Shown in pieces: positions 1 through 13,950 of a stretch of DNA of 64,000 nucleotides. This DNA comes from Balanoglossus misakiensis. Its lineage: Eukaryota; Animalia; Hemichordata. Positions within the stretch are counted from its first letter, which is position 1; each line of letters opens with the position of its first letter. The notes beneath the pieces were generated by a model, which worked only from the letters and a program-made list of their open reading frames with translations, was not told the DNA's origin and made no database searches. The stretch is from assembly GCA_040954595.2 (NCBI GenBank), contig CM082576.2:1584660-1648659 (forward strand), given 5' to 3'. The translations under genes were made by a program, and so were the position numbers.

Positions 1-319
1 GAGGTCCAACCTTACCATAGAAAACGATGGGTTTGAACTGAACCAAGGTGGTGAAAGGGCTAAAGCCCCATTAGTATAAACTAATTTTTAAACCATAACC
101 ATAAAATGCTCTATCTGAACGCTAGAACTAAAATCGGACTCGGGTGCAAGGAGTTAGTAATATATTATTAATATCCAAATGGACGAACTATGCATTTTAG
201 TTGTCTTTAATTTTAGCTCACATATTTAAACTAATAGAAAAGAAAAAGTAGTGTATTTTCAGGTTAACATCTGCAAGTTTTACGAGGCGTAACCAAATGA
301 TGATAATACATCGTTACGA

Positions 320-3300
320 TCATTTTTCCCGAAGCGTTATGTAATTCTGACAACCGTCTTTAGGTTTCAGTGTTCCAACATTTATGACATCGTATGACTG
401 ACTAGGAGCCCAGGAGAAATCAAAGACCTGTAACAACTTGCATAAAGTCACTTTCGTTTCGATCTGAAATAGGGCAGAAATTCATTCGTCAATGTTTTCC
501 TAACAATCACGATGTTTGTGTCATTTGAAATGGTCTGTACCCAGTCAGCATGTTGTTATGTCTTGTGACATTTGGTTTCAGAGAGAGACGAAACTGTACA
601 ACATACGACAACAGAAGTAAAACAAATTGATATTAAACATCCTTACCAGAGCAAAATGTTGACCAATGCAATTTCTTGGGCCGAATGAAAATGGGATGTG
701 GGCATGTGACTGTCTGTAAAAAATATCAAACAAAAATCTTCTATTTGAACAACTTGGTTTAACATTTCCAGGGGCAATTTGGCACTTCGAACATTTTATA
801 AATTCACAAAAAAGTAGAGTTAGAAACTAAATAACTTTCACATGATGAAACCTGAATGTCAAAATGACAAAACTAGAGTTGAGTTATAACTGGAATTCGA
901 GCAGAGAGTCATAAATGCAAAACTCACATTTTACTGGCGTCACTGAACCTGTCCGGATTAAAAGTAAGAGCATCTTCAAAATATTCTTCTTGTCTGGCCA
1001 AGGCGAAAATGTTAACCTGGACAGGTAAGAAAGGCGTTTTAAATTGAAGAAAATTTGGCGGTACCTGCACGGTATACTTATTTTTGTTAGAAAAGGCATG
1101 TCATGTAAATCAATCACTCTGGCACACGTGAAACACCTGGTCATTGTAATGAACGAACTTTGATTTGTTAACAAACTGTTCTATTACCATGAGAAGAGAA
1201 TTACTGGGTACTCTGATACCAGACAAGATCTCCTCTTTCTCAATCATCCGCATCACGGCAGGAGTGGGAGGCCACATCCGTAGGGTTTCCTTGACAACCT
1301 GGAGCCAAAGCATATCCACAGTAAATCCTACTAATCAGAACCTGATTTTAGATAAGCGACAGTTATAATGACATTGTGGACATATTAAGTGGGAATAGAG
1401 AGGCATACCTGAGACATGTAAGCAAGTTTAGCTACGTCTTCAAATTCGACGTTCGTTCTTCCTCCCAAAACATTCTTTATTTCCAGTCTCACTCTGATAA
1501 AAATAATACCACAAATTAAAATGCTCTTATCATGTGAAAGAAGATAAACCTGAATCAGTGACACATTATATCCGCTGGTGCCATTATTCGATGCCATATT
1601 GTCTCATTGGAGACTGGTCGTCATCAACAGTGCAGAGTGACTCCACTTTTTATGACGTTTCAAAATGTCCCCGACTTGTCTTGCCTTTCTTCCCAGACGA
1701 CCCTTCACAAACAACGCAATGATCATTGTGACAAATAGTCTATAACTTCTTGGGTGACATCTTTTATGGTTTCCCATGTCCACTTGAAATAACTTTATAA
1801 CAAGTTGTGCAAAATGTTACAACAGATCAAAATATTACCTTTCCAAGATTTCCGGATGTCTGATAAGTTCCATGAGTGTCAATGCTATCAGATTGGCTGT
1901 TGTTTCTTGGCCTTAAAAGTAAAAGAACGACAGAGGGAAACACAATGTCGAGAGTCAAATTCAACTTCATCAACACTTATTCGAACTCAGAACAGCGAAA
2001 GTATCTCCAATATTTGGACACTCAATAGGTCTTATTGATTAAGAAGTGGTCTGAGATGAAATTTTCAAGTGTTTTTCTTGAATGTTTTTCTATTTTTGTA
2101 TATAACGAGCGTCGATCACTATGATTAAAATTAGAGACTTTAAGAGGACGTAAATTATGTACCTACCAGCGATGTAAAATGTCACAAAGTCATCTAGGAT
2201 CTCTTCCATCTCAGATTTGTTACCCTGTAGGTTATCTGCACAGAAATATCAAGAGACATAAAGACATGCTAGCTATTGTACTTTTACTCCTGGCTGTCAC
2301 CGAAATCTCCCTCTTCATGCATTTATGTTTCTACGAGGGAAAAGGCATCTTGTTCAGAAACGTCACGTAATCGGCTACAACTCTAGCAATCGGTCCTCAA
2401 ATTCGTGTTGTACCTGAACCTTTGATTAGAAGCTCCAATAGATCGTCTCTGTTCACGACTTCCCCTCTCAATCGCGCGCCAATTCTCTTCTCCACCGCGG
2501 CGCGGCCGGTCTCACGATGCAGCCGAACACTTTCCCGTACTTTCCGTCGGAATTCTCTGCTCCAAGGATTGAACTGAAGCAATGAAGTGAATAAAGCAAG
2601 TCGTTAGTCGTGTTTGGTTATACTGTTCATTTACAATTTACATTTGCGAATTTTGGGAAACATTGGAATAGTTTGAAGAAAGGTAAAGTGGATAAAAACG
2701 TCAAAGTAAACATTCAAGTAAATGACTAACAAAACAGAAAGTATAACCATAAGACACTTTCCTAAAAAAATAAAAACAAGAAATGATTAAAAATCGATAT
2801 ATTGAGTAAAGAAATGACATACATCATCAAATGGTTTCTGTGCGGCCCTTGTAATTCCCGTTAAAACCATTTCATTGGCATCCAGAAATGGGTTCTTGGT
2901 CTGAGCTATCATGTTGCAATCAATACCAAACGCCACCTGTTGTTAAAGAACATGTTTCAGGGGATATATGTACAAATGATAGATAGGATCGTTCTGCACT
3001 CGGCGTCCAATTTCAAGTCACCTGCAAGCCTACTCCCAGTGAAACGATTTTCAATATTAACCAAAGTCTTACTTTTCCGATGACATCGATGGTAAGTCTC
3101 TGGAATTCCTCCAACATGGTCACAGACGTTTTTCCGTCAGCCTTCTTCTTTAATTCGTCGATTAATAAGTCTACACTAGCGTTGAATTGCTCCACTGATA
3201 GCTTTAAAGAACTTAGTTCATTGTAGAAAGAAACAAAGTTCGTTTATTGTGAAAATCGGTGCGTGGGAAATATTCCTGTATTCCGTTGGTAGGCTATCTG

Positions 3301-5441
3301 CCTGCGACCACGCCCAGTTTTCGCTTCAAAACGCCAAATATTGACTTCTATTGCACCCGAGAACTTTTGATATATTTCTCATGCACTGCAGGAGGTTCAA
3401 TTCAAGATTGTGGGTGAGGTTTGCGGGAAGCAGTTTTATACCATGTGTTGGAAATCGTTGAATATTTAAAATGATACCGATTCATTCCCAGTGGAGTCTA
3501 TGTTCCTCTATTGCCGACTATCCTTACATATGTCATATAAGTATTTGATGTCAATTGTCAAAATCTCTATCGGACTCCACAGTGATGTCGCAACTTACCT
3601 GCGATTGAAAGCCGGGTTGATGAGCGCCCTCCTTCTCGCCCATCTGTCATGGCAACGTTCCGACACTAAACCACCACCCATGAATCTTTCGCCATATAAA
3701 GTGTGCAGCCGACCATACGGTCGTTTTCCTTTGGGACAGTTTACCGTAACTATCAGATGCTGCCAGTCGAAAGAAAAGAAACAACATTTTGTTGGGATGA
3801 ACACTCGTCTGTTCCAAATACATAAATGTATGAATATAAGATTAATGTAAATCTGAATGTTCGAACAGTAAAATCCACAAATCAGCTGTAGTACATTGAT
3901 ACTATTTATCTGTCTGTGGCGGCAATCGCTTTTAGCGTCTGGTATGCCTGTATCTGTAGAAAACTATAATTAATATGGTTAAATTTAACTTTACTCATTT
4001 AAAACTGCTGTCGTTTTAGTGTCCATCTTTTGGGTAGCCCTTCTTATGTTGGGTGTTTCAGTACATACTGTCGTCGTTTATAAAGAAAGTTAGATTTAAT
4101 ACCTTCAGACATACAGCATCCAATACTATGATGAATGTAACGTGTGCCAAAGAAAATTTGAAAATGGGACCATATTCTCTTGCCCTGCGAGAAAGATAGC
4201 ATTGACATTGTGACACTTACTGATTGGGAACATGGAATAAATTCTATTAACTGGCCCAGGATATGTCAAATATCAGTTGAAACTATATACATAAATTCAA
4301 TTTTATCAAGCGAACACAAGATATTTTGCCCCAAATTATATGTAATACAAAATGTACTTTTTTTCGGTAGATAGAGGCTACAGGGATATGTCAATGGTTC
4401 ATGTCTTTCAGTCAACATATGATGACAGCGATGCTTAATCTTGGCTCTGTTTCGCGATACGATCTAATGCGGTCACCAACATCAAAAATTACCCGACAAC
4501 AGAACATGTCGTCTATGAAAAACGAGATAAAGTATATAAAAATACTCACCATTCAGTTATTAACATATGTAAAAACTTGCCATTTTCTAACCCTTTTCGT
4601 ACCTCTTGCAAATTTCCCAAGAAGAAACTGGAAAAATAATATTTCATATATAAATTACCAACACAGGGTAGAAACTGAAATGCGTCATTGTAAATTATTG
4701 TATGCATTTATAACCAAACAGCTGCATGAGGCCGAAACCGTTGACCGCTAGGTTCCGCTAGACGATCGTGAACTTGCTCGGCTCAAGTTACCATAGATAG
4801 TTCTTGTAAACATAGGAGGGTTTGAAATTCAAAGGAAGTAGGTTAAGGTTTGGTTCGTGCAATGGACCCGAGGCGAAGAGTGGAAGAAACGCACTGTCTT
4901 TACTGCAAATCCTTTATTTAGAGTGGTACATAACGCATATCGATTTTTTTACTGATATGTAAAATCCATTTTCGGCTTCTATGGTCAGTACTCTTGTGTT
5001 GCACGAGTTCTTTATATTTTTCTTACACAAATCACTTATTCGTCCGGACAAATACGTATTACATGCTTGACGACCAACGCGTAACAAAACAATACTACTA
5101 TTTGGAATAATTTGCAGATTTGTCGACATAAAATGTGTAAAACTGTGAGATCTATTATCTAAATAGACGCATTGGCCTCGTGTGTAATGTCTGGCGAAAA
5201 AGCCAGAAGAATTTCATGGTCATTTGCCCCCATTTTATCACGGCCACTCCACAAACGAGGTAAACATGGCACACGTTTTACGTTTTCATATTTACCTGCT
5301 CGGTTTTGGTCCTGGTATATGCGCATACTTACGGCGAACGTAGGCGATGTAAACGGTATATGATAATACCCCAGTGACAGCTACAAATATTAAGATATCA
5401 ACCAAGAAAACGACGAGAAAACACACTGTATCAGACAGCAT
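320..5441 (-). CDS. CYP46A1: Cytochrome P450, CYP46 (cholesterol 24-hydroxylase)-like, 14 coding exons
   Basis: ATG at 5441 (MLSDTVCFLVVFLVDILIFVAVTG...RRKYAHIPGPKPS, membrane anchor plus Pro hinge). GT-AG exons with consistent phases at approx 5296-5441, 4550-4627, 4103-4184, 3598-3763, 3073-3212, 2823-2936, 2414-2573, 2167-2236, 1839-1911, 1409-1493, 1188-1298, 928-1016, 648-714 and 320-464. Motifs: WARRRALINPAF, I-helix DDFVTFYIAGQETT, ExxR (KETLR), FNPDRF, heme motif FSFGPRNCIG; TGA at 320-322. P450 identity is certain; the CYP46 assignment comes from recalled family motifs. Confidence 0.85.
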
Positions 5442-6367
5442 CGTGAGACGTGATTTGCGTAAAGGTTATATATCCCAAAGAATAAAGCGTGACCTTAAAT
5501 GTAGTAGCATGGCGGTCTCAGCTCGAATTCACAATGTGTAAACACTTTTTACAGACCATCCCGTTATTGTGTCCTAGAATTCCAATTTATTTTCGCTATA
5601 TATTGAAGGGTACCATCATTATTTACGAGCTTGTGTCGAAACAAATCAGGGGGCGGTCATTCAAAATTCCCATTAGGGGTTACTCATCATCATGGTTGGG
5701 AAATGTCGGTTAGTACGGGAGCGGTTAGTCGCAGGAATTGTCCTTGTTTGTAAAATGCGACTTTCCTCGAGTATCTACGGTCAATTTTGATACGTAAATG
5801 TAGTACTTGAAAACCCGAGTTCTTGAATAGACAATGGAACTTTCAGCGAATAAGACTCTAACAACAACAAAACATATACGTCAATTATTTCAATCTCCAT
5901 AGACAGATAGACGCACGTTTATATATTCCCATATAAAACAGAATAGTTCTTATTGTATATGCATTTGTATTTACAACAAATAATAAGCCGAATAAATAGT
6001 TCAGACATACTTTACAAATTTACAATCTAAATGGTAATTGTGCGCTTATTGGCACAACATCACAGAAATAATGCAAGTCGTTATAGTAGACCTGCTTGTC
6101 TATGTATTGATACACTGCAACTATAGACACCCCACCTACCCCAAATGACGGTTTGTGAAGAAATGAAATAGTTTGTACAGATAGCGTAGTTTTATCAGAC
6201 GCAGTCCTCGGAAACACTCTCCATCAGATCAAAACTTGTAACAGAATTGGTTTCTGGTGGTGAGAACTGCCTAAATATAACTTTCTGGTTTTCATTTTCT
6301 TCTGTTTCGCAATCAGTCGATAAAATAGCAATCATTCCAAACATAACTTGGAAAACTTGACTACATA

Positions 6368-7347
6368 TTAAACTCGGCTGTCATTTGGTCCTTTATTGCT
6401 CCCAGAAACGTCATCATTCGTCACACCTTCGTTACTTTGTGGTCCTCCATTTGTTTTCTGATACGAATCTGGGAGAAGAAAATGGGGAGAAAATCTCTAA
6501 AACAATCGCAATTTCAAATTGATTTTACTTGCAGATATTGTTTGAATCGTATTATTGGATCACATAGTTTTTGTGCGACACAACATTGTTCTATAGTTTC
6601 CACAACCCTCAGTTAGTACATCTACATGGGCTTATTTTATTGTGAAAATAAAATAATAAAAATAATACCAAACGTTGCAGCTCGTGTGCCTTTAATACGT
6701 ACCAGAGACAAACTAAGTTTATGCATATTTTAATCAATCGGGGTGGGGGGGGGGGTATGAACTTTCTGTCAAATTTCAATTAAAATCACATCCATAGAAT
6801 TGATGTGGTGATAATGTGATCCGATTTTAACATTAAAATATATGGTAAAAATATATTGTAATGTCAAAAATTGCGTTGACTTTATGATGGTAACTTTATC
6901 GTACCGTCAGTCTGATTCAGGTCTTTGTCTTGCTTCTCCGGCCCGAGGTCATTGGGGTCGGTCCTTGGATAGATTCTGCGAGAGAACCACCTGGACGTGT
7001 AACAAAATGATCAGTATTTGAATTCGATTTATATTCACAAGCAAAGGTAAATATTTGTTCCACTCGTAGTACTGAGAACAATGGAAGGAAAATTGTTGTA
7101 GCTTTTGTTACTAATAACGTCAACCCTCGATTAGAAATCTGTCAAAAAAACAATTCCCCACAAAATATTGTCCAACTTACTTTCTAAAATGAATTATTTT
7201 CTTCTTCTCCAATATAACGAGGATGATTATAACAATGATTGGTATTAACAACAGCAACAGTAAAAGCAAGTAGAGATTTGGTGACGCTGCTGTGAGTATA
7301 GAAATTAGAATAAATGTCCATGTTAGATCATCATTGGCTTCCAACGC
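6368..7347 (-). CDS. Putative 3' exons of an unidentified single-pass membrane protein (5' end unresolved; possibly a pseudogene)
   Basis: Three phase-compatible segments with polypyrimidine-AG acceptors and GT donors: 7181-7347 (ALEANDD...LYLLLLLLLIPIIVIIILVILEKKKIIHFR), 6905-6990 (KWFSRRIYPRTDPNDLGPEKQDKDLNQTD) and 6368-6468 (DSYQKTNGGPQ...DSRV*). A hydrophobic helix is followed by a basic stop-transfer cluster. Confidence 0.4.
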
Positions 7348-9792
7348 CTGTTTAAAAATGCAACTAAAGTCCTTAATAAGCATTATAAAACTTGTAGAAG
7401 ATATGGTGATATATAACTCAATAAGGTCTCCGGTGGAAGATTACTACTTTCCAGCCCAAGACTGAAATACATGATAAAAGAATGTTTTTCTTTTTCCTAT
7501 TTCCAACATTCCGACTATCAACACCCTCCTTTGATGTTACGCTGCGTAGTGGGGAAAGTTGTGCCCCTAAAGACGTGTTATATCGTAACCCACTAAATGT
7601 ATTACAGTCTTTAGGTTTGTGTTCTGTCTGGAGTTACCAGCGATCACACGCCCAGCAGAGTTTTATTGTCGCGTGTCCATAGCAATACAACATACTAAAA
7701 CTATTTGTTGGAGTAAATTAACCTGTTGAGGCCAATAACACTGTCGGAATTGTGTAAACAAGAATATATTTTATGTTTTTATGACACAACAGAACGGGTG
7801 AGAACGGCGCTATGATTCATGAAGACAAGACTAATGTCTAATGCGAAAAAAACTTTAAAACTAATCGACTGGAAATGAAGATGTACCACTGTACTTCTGC
7901 CGCGATGTACTTGACTGTAGTGAGATACTCACTTGAAATGCTAGGCGGAACTGGAAGAGTAAATTCGGGTAAAGACGAGCAGTTTTTACATAACAGTGTC
8001 ACATCAACGTTCCGGAGTAAACCCGTTGTGCTGCAGTACGACATGGCGACCCTAGGTAAATAGTAAAGAACATTAAAATGCTGATATTGACGAGATATTG
8101 ACATACAAACTCAAACAATTGAAAGATTTTTGATTGTCGCATACCATAGCTGATTAGTGTAAAAGTTAACTTTTTACTTCCTCGTTGTCCCTGTTTGTCT
8201 CTGTATAAGGACATCAAACGAATGATGCGTCTCACACATAGTAACTTCCAGGACAACATTTACTCATACCACTAAATTGGAAGTACAAACCAAGACTCCC
8301 AATAATTTTCACAATTATTATTGTTCAGATCGCAGACTTACCTGATGTTTTGCCGTTTGACTATTAGTTTGTTGTCCCGTAGTCAGTATATTATGACTTA
8401 GTAACTTATTTTGACATTCAGATCCTGTTTATGCTTTGACACACATACAGTAACAGGTTACCATGCGACTAAGCAATTCAGGCCTCGACAGTTATCACGG
8501 GCAAACTTCGTTCAGCTGTGCCGGAAAAGTTTGAAACTTCGGACAGTAGATCCTGTCATATCCCCAAAAGAACAATGACGAAAGACTTTTCTATTGTAAT
8601 CGATTTTTCACTCTGAACTTCCGTGACGTGTAGTAATCGGGTCACCAAACGGCTTTATTATTTTACTGTTGGTCGGATACTGAACAAATGACAATGAACA
8701 TTTCCCCTCGAGCAAGTATTTGGTATTTCCCATTCTTTCTGAAATTAGTACGAGTGTAGACTCAAATATCAAATCATAAACCTGCATTGTTTTAATTCAA
8801 GACTTGTTATACCTTCTACAACACTGGCTTGAGTCGTTACAATTGCAATGCAGTTATTATAGTCGGTATCAGAATTATTAGCGTCTAAATCATTGTGTTC
8901 TGTGCGGAGAGGCAACAATGAAGTGGACGAAAGATATATGACTTGTAAAATCAACAATACAAACAGTCAGCGAATAACACCGGGTACTGGCGTTATTTAA
9001 CTATGCGTTGTGAATATGTAATAGGGCTACAACTTGATTTCAAGTACATGTATACTAGTATTAGATTTCAGTCAAGGCTACCTATTACCTCAAGCTGGTT
9101 GTGACAGGTATGGCTTGTTTTGTTTACCTCCTTCTACATGACTATTGTTGGCAGGTAACCAAAAATAGCTTTGTGATCATAGAAAATACATGTGTATTTC
9201 AATCGTGGCATATATCTTATTCATATGAAGACTTTGGTCCACGTCACTTGTATCGTATAGCTCAAGGCCAGTCGGACTCAGAAACCGCATACCTTATATC
9301 TCCCAAATCATATTTGTTTACCATACTTTAGTTCACGTTCTTGAGTTTTGGCCCTTCAAAATTTTAATCAATGCTTTTAAGTCCAGGTCAGGTGACTGGG
9401 CCAATTGTAATTATTGTCTTCGTTCTCCTTCAAGTAATATTTACACTACAGCATATAGCAACAACTACTTGGGGGAGTATTTCACTTACGTTTATTTCGA
9501 AATTTAGAAATCAGACAAAATCACAGAAAAACACACGTATTTTCTTTTATTCTGGTCATTTATACATCCATAAGTATGACACCAATAAATCAAACTCCTG
9601 ACAACAGCTTGAGGAAAAACAGTCTAATAAAGAATCCCAAGAAATCTCCCTCCCCTCTGTTGAAAGTAAGCCACAAGTGCAGGGCGCCACCTGTGTTGTA
9701 AAACTGCCATTCGCTAAATAAATTTCCGTTGATGACATGAAATGCTGATATGGTCTTGTCCCCCGAAATACAACTGTAACCGAAGACAGGTC

Positions 9793-9872
9793 AAGTATTT
9801 GTGTCAAATAATCAGATATAACACCACACCTAAGTGTTTTCTAGCTATATCGTCATGGATACACAAACACTT
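9793..9872 (-). promoter_or_regulatory. SECIS element (type II) in SELENON 3'UTR
   Basis: Minus strand reads AAGUGUUUGUGU-AUCC-AUGAC-GAUAUAGC-UAG-AAA-ACAC-UUAG-GUGU-GGU-GUUAUAUC-UGAU-UAUUUG-ACACAAAUACUU. It has helix I, the AUGA/GA non-Watson-Crick quartet, helix II, unpaired AAA and an apical ministem. It lies ~700 nt after the SELENON stop, with AATAAA on the minus strand at 9546-9551. Confidence 0.9.
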
Positions 9873-10579
9873 ATAAAATGAATCAACTAGAAACAACTTT
9901 TCACAGAGAACAACAACAAAGGAGAATTTACATGTCAAAACTGCACAAACTCATTCAAAAGTAATAATAAAATTGAATTAGACAATTTGCGATAATTTAG
10001 TTAAATTTAGTTGTATTTACACCTATTGTTTATACATTGTAACAATGAGTTGTAAACAAGGAAATCTAAATAACCCAATACAAATATTAATACCGGTAAT
10101 ATTGTTTTTAAACTTCTATGCCTTTAAGAAAAACTATCTTATAAAATGCTTGCAATAACAAGGTCTTTTGACATATGTATAATTAAAATAGAACATTATT
10201 AATCTCAAACAGTTTTCCTATTAGTTTTTGCTTTGACCTTTGACCTAAGGAGATTTATAATGGCAATTGTAGACATCGGAAAAATGAATTGATGATGAAT
10301 AGGAAAGTGTTCATTGAATAAATTGTCACATTACAGAGTTATGCAGTTTTACACATTCACAACTGCATTAAAAATATATCTTATCAATTTCATAAAAAAA
10401 TTCATGATATGGTGGTGGTGTATTTGACATGGAAACATTCCTTGTGTAAATATTTCTGAAGAAACAAAGGCAACATTTTGTGTGTTTTAGCTCTGACAAT
10501 GATTGTCTTCACGGTCAATGATTGGCTGCAACATAGTCTACCATTGGTTGCAACAGTCTACCCTTGTCTGTAACACAGT

Positions 10580-13500
10580 CTATGATTGGTGGGACTCTTT
10601 GGCTTTGTCTATACCACTCTGTAGGAATTGTAAGTATACCCCTTCAAGTGGATCTGAGAATGATCTGAAAGCAAAGTGAAATTATACTTTAATATTTTTT
10701 ACATTCCGACATAAATTTGCTCTCTGGATATAAACTTGTTCTTCAATAAATCTTATGTCCATCTAATAATTGCACTTGTATCCCCCATGCCAGCATCACC
10801 AGTGAGTGATCTTATTCAAAAATTCCACAAAGAATGCGGTCAAGACAAAAAGTTGTTAAACTTGAAACACTTACAGATTTGCACTGGCATCCAGAAGCAC
10901 ATTAGCATTTTCATGATTTACAACTGTACCATTGGGTAACAATACCATCATTTCTACTGGAAAACTGAAAAAGAAAAGAAATGGTATCTATACTTCTAAC
11001 ACTGACTCTTTTCTAAAAATAGAAGACATACTCCAAGGTGGGCAACGCAGCAGTCCCTTTTTATGATATTATATCATCTTATACTTACTTGTAACTATCT
11101 AAGACTCCTGATGCTATTTTTGCTGCTGTAGGATTACTTTCATCAGCTTTGATGTCCTTCATTTCAGCAACAAGGGACCAAGAGCTGATAAAGTTCTCTT
11201 TCAGCAATCTCAAAATGGCCGGACTCTCGAGGGGACCCTCGCGCAGAGTCCGGCCTGAACCTACAAAAAAAAACATTTAATGTGAATATAAATTTATCAG
11301 AGTCTACACACTGCTTTGTACATACTTCAGTAAAAATTTTAATAACATCAAACTGTTTCCTAAAAGTAACAAAGTATAAATCTACAGAGAAAAAATGAAA
11401 AACAAATAAAAACAACAAAACAAAAGGAGACCTTCCTACCTCAGCAAGACTGATCATCTAGCGCACCCCAGAGTAGAATAAGGTGAACTAGTTTATTTTC
11501 AACCTCAGCTTGCTTACAAGCTTCAATGAACGGCAAATATGGTACCTGGAATTGAAAATACAGAAATCATAATGTGTTTGATTTGTCAAATTCAACATAT
11601 TACATCATAATAAATTTCCGTTCATTTGCAGTACTGACCTGTTTAAAGGGGTACATTCTCTTCTCAAGGATTTCAAATGCCTTGTTGAAATCTATTTCTG
11701 TATTCCATTTGATGTCTGTCTCACTCACAGATGGTGGAATTTCAATTGGTTCTTCACTTTCTAGTATGTTGACCGTTTGTCCTGAGCTTGTTTTGATGGT
11801 GACTGGAATGGATGGGCCGGCAGATGTCAGTTCCATCTGAGGCAGGAATCCAATATCTACTTCCATATTTTCAGATTCTGATGGAGAGTTCAGCCATTCC
11901 ATATCTGTACAGAATTGACAGAAATTATAAATAGAGTGTTCCATGTAATGGCATTCAGACACCCAAACGAAAGACAATCTAAAGATGTTTTCACTTACCC
12001 ACATTGAGACTTTTATTGGTAGGAACATAGAGATGAAATGATATAATGTGTGATGCATCTCTGCGAATGATAAGTTCACCTGTAAACATTGCTGGTGAAA
12101 ACCAAAATGGATGAAGAGGTGGTTCATTCAGTTGAAATTCAGCATGTATCCTGGAAGAGAAGATGTAAACAGCTGATTATCTGACCATGTCTCTAAATCT
12201 TTGTCCAAAGAAAAATTAACATAAAAAACATCAATATAGCCAATACACAATCAGGTCTCAAAGCCTTTGGTTGATTCATCAATGTCATCTAAGCTCTAGT
12301 GATCATTTTCAGTCCAACCTTCATTCTCTCCTGGGGCACATTCAGTCATTCAACATCTGTTGCCAAGTTTAATTAAATTATGAATAAAACTCTGTGGCAA
12401 AACAAGCACAACAATTGTTAATAAGACCACATTAAAAAAACCCAGCTTACCTGAATACTATATTTACATAATATTCATTTTCAGCTCTGATAAGTGCAAT
12501 AGAGCCTTGGGGTCCAAATCTTGAGTGAACAAACGGACGTGGATGGAACATATTCAACAAGCGATGAATCAGAATACCTTTGTTGCTAACTCTGGGTGGA
12601 TAGTATCTGTTGCTGGAAAGTGTGCTGGTGAAAATATTCAAATTGGAAGTGATGATGTCATAAGGTTGCCCAACAGCCAAGTCTACATCTGGTAGGAATG
12701 CCAGGAAAGAGTTGACACCAAATGGTGCTTGATCTATATTTGCTGCTTGCCAATTGCGAAGACCACTTACTGGAGAATCTGGTCTCTGAAAATGGAATAT
12801 GGAAGAAAATGATTTTAATTCAAATTGAAATTCATTTTCAGTTCTGATTCAACATTTTCATTTAGAAACAGCAATAATGTTACATTAATGTGTATTTTTT
12901 ACCAACATCTTCATATGTACTTGTTGAATGTTCTATTGTTAATACTAAAAAGGTGCAGGTGTAGACTGGGCATGAAGTTCTTACATTATAACTCCATTTA
13001 TTCACTTCTATGGTCATTGTGTCAAGTTTAAGTGGCTGGAATTGAGATGACAGGAACAACACTTCATCAGATGGGTCAATTTCTTCATCATATGTACGTG
13101 ATGTTATGTTCTGAAATGAATCAACGTGAAAAGAACATTCATGAGTTATTAAACAGATCTTTGGTACATAACAATACTTATAATTTAACTCTATTGATCT
13201 GGGAAAGAGGCACAAATTTCATTGATGCATCATTACCCGGATACCACCCAGGGTGTTTCCGTCAGACTTAATTGAACAACCGCCTTTTTTACAGCTGAAC
13301 AACAATAAACACGTAACCCAATAGGCTTTCCGCACGTACACCACATTCCTGGGGTCGGAGGGTCACGAAGAAGTCACGTAAACCCATTGAACTGAAGAAA
13401 AAACTTAGACAAAAATTTGTTGCAACAAGTTGAATTTTAATAAAGATATCGCTGTTTAACGCGTAAATCAAAATAAATAGTCATAATACAAGATAACTGG

Positions 13501-13950
13501 CCGCTCGGCGTGAAAGTGTCTATAAAGTTTAACACACAGTCAGTGATATCTTTTTGACAATGACACCAAAATTGAACTCCAAAGTACTCAAGCTACAATG
13601 CCCTAACAACTGTCCCCCCCCCCCTTACTTACTTCTGTCCCGAGCAGTCTCTCTACCAGTGGCTCAAATTCTGCTAAACTTAGATAGCCATCGCCGTTCC
13701 GATCGTAGGCATTGAAAAATGCAACACCTTCTTCTCCAATACCATGGCGAAGCATTTCATCGATCATTGTTTTTTGCGTCCAGAGATAGTACAAAGTACC
13801 ACCACCATACACTGCAAGAACTCCGACCAAAACTGACATAAGCCAGTACAGGGAAACCATTTGACAGCTACATCGCGCCGCGGATTTCTCGGCTTGTGGA
13901 CGAACAAGCTTTTCTGGAGAATCGGGCGGCTCTTTCTCCTTGTCTGCCAT
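10580..13950 (-). CDS. SELENON: Selenoprotein N, 9 coding exons, selenocysteine UGA at 11441-11443
   Basis: Exons 13633-13950, 12985-13110, 12451-12785, 11999-12150, 11639-11904, 11440-11545, 11089-11260, 10875-10964 and 10580-10664. N-terminal TM helix, EF-hand [40 protein letters not shown], catalytic [12 protein letters not shown](UGA)GSGRTLRE; TAG at 10580. Confidence 0.96.
11217..11255 (-). promoter_or_regulatory. Selenocysteine redefinition element (SRE) stem-loop
   Basis: GGCCGGACUCU-GCG-CGAGG-GUCC-CCUCG-AGAGUCCGGCC: a perfect 11-bp stem, 3-nt bulge, 5-bp stem and tetraloop, starting 6 nt after the UGA in the spliced mRNA. Confidence 0.88.

Noticed and set aside
10520-10590. Short imperfect ~21-bp tandem repeats at the SELENON stop, and a 20-bp duplication at ~23372-23411
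   Set aside because: Ordinary slippage duplications with no evident function.
11441-11443. SELENON as a pseudogene because of an in-frame stop
   Set aside because: The UGA is at the conserved Sec position, downstream exons are intact, and both SRE and SECIS are present.
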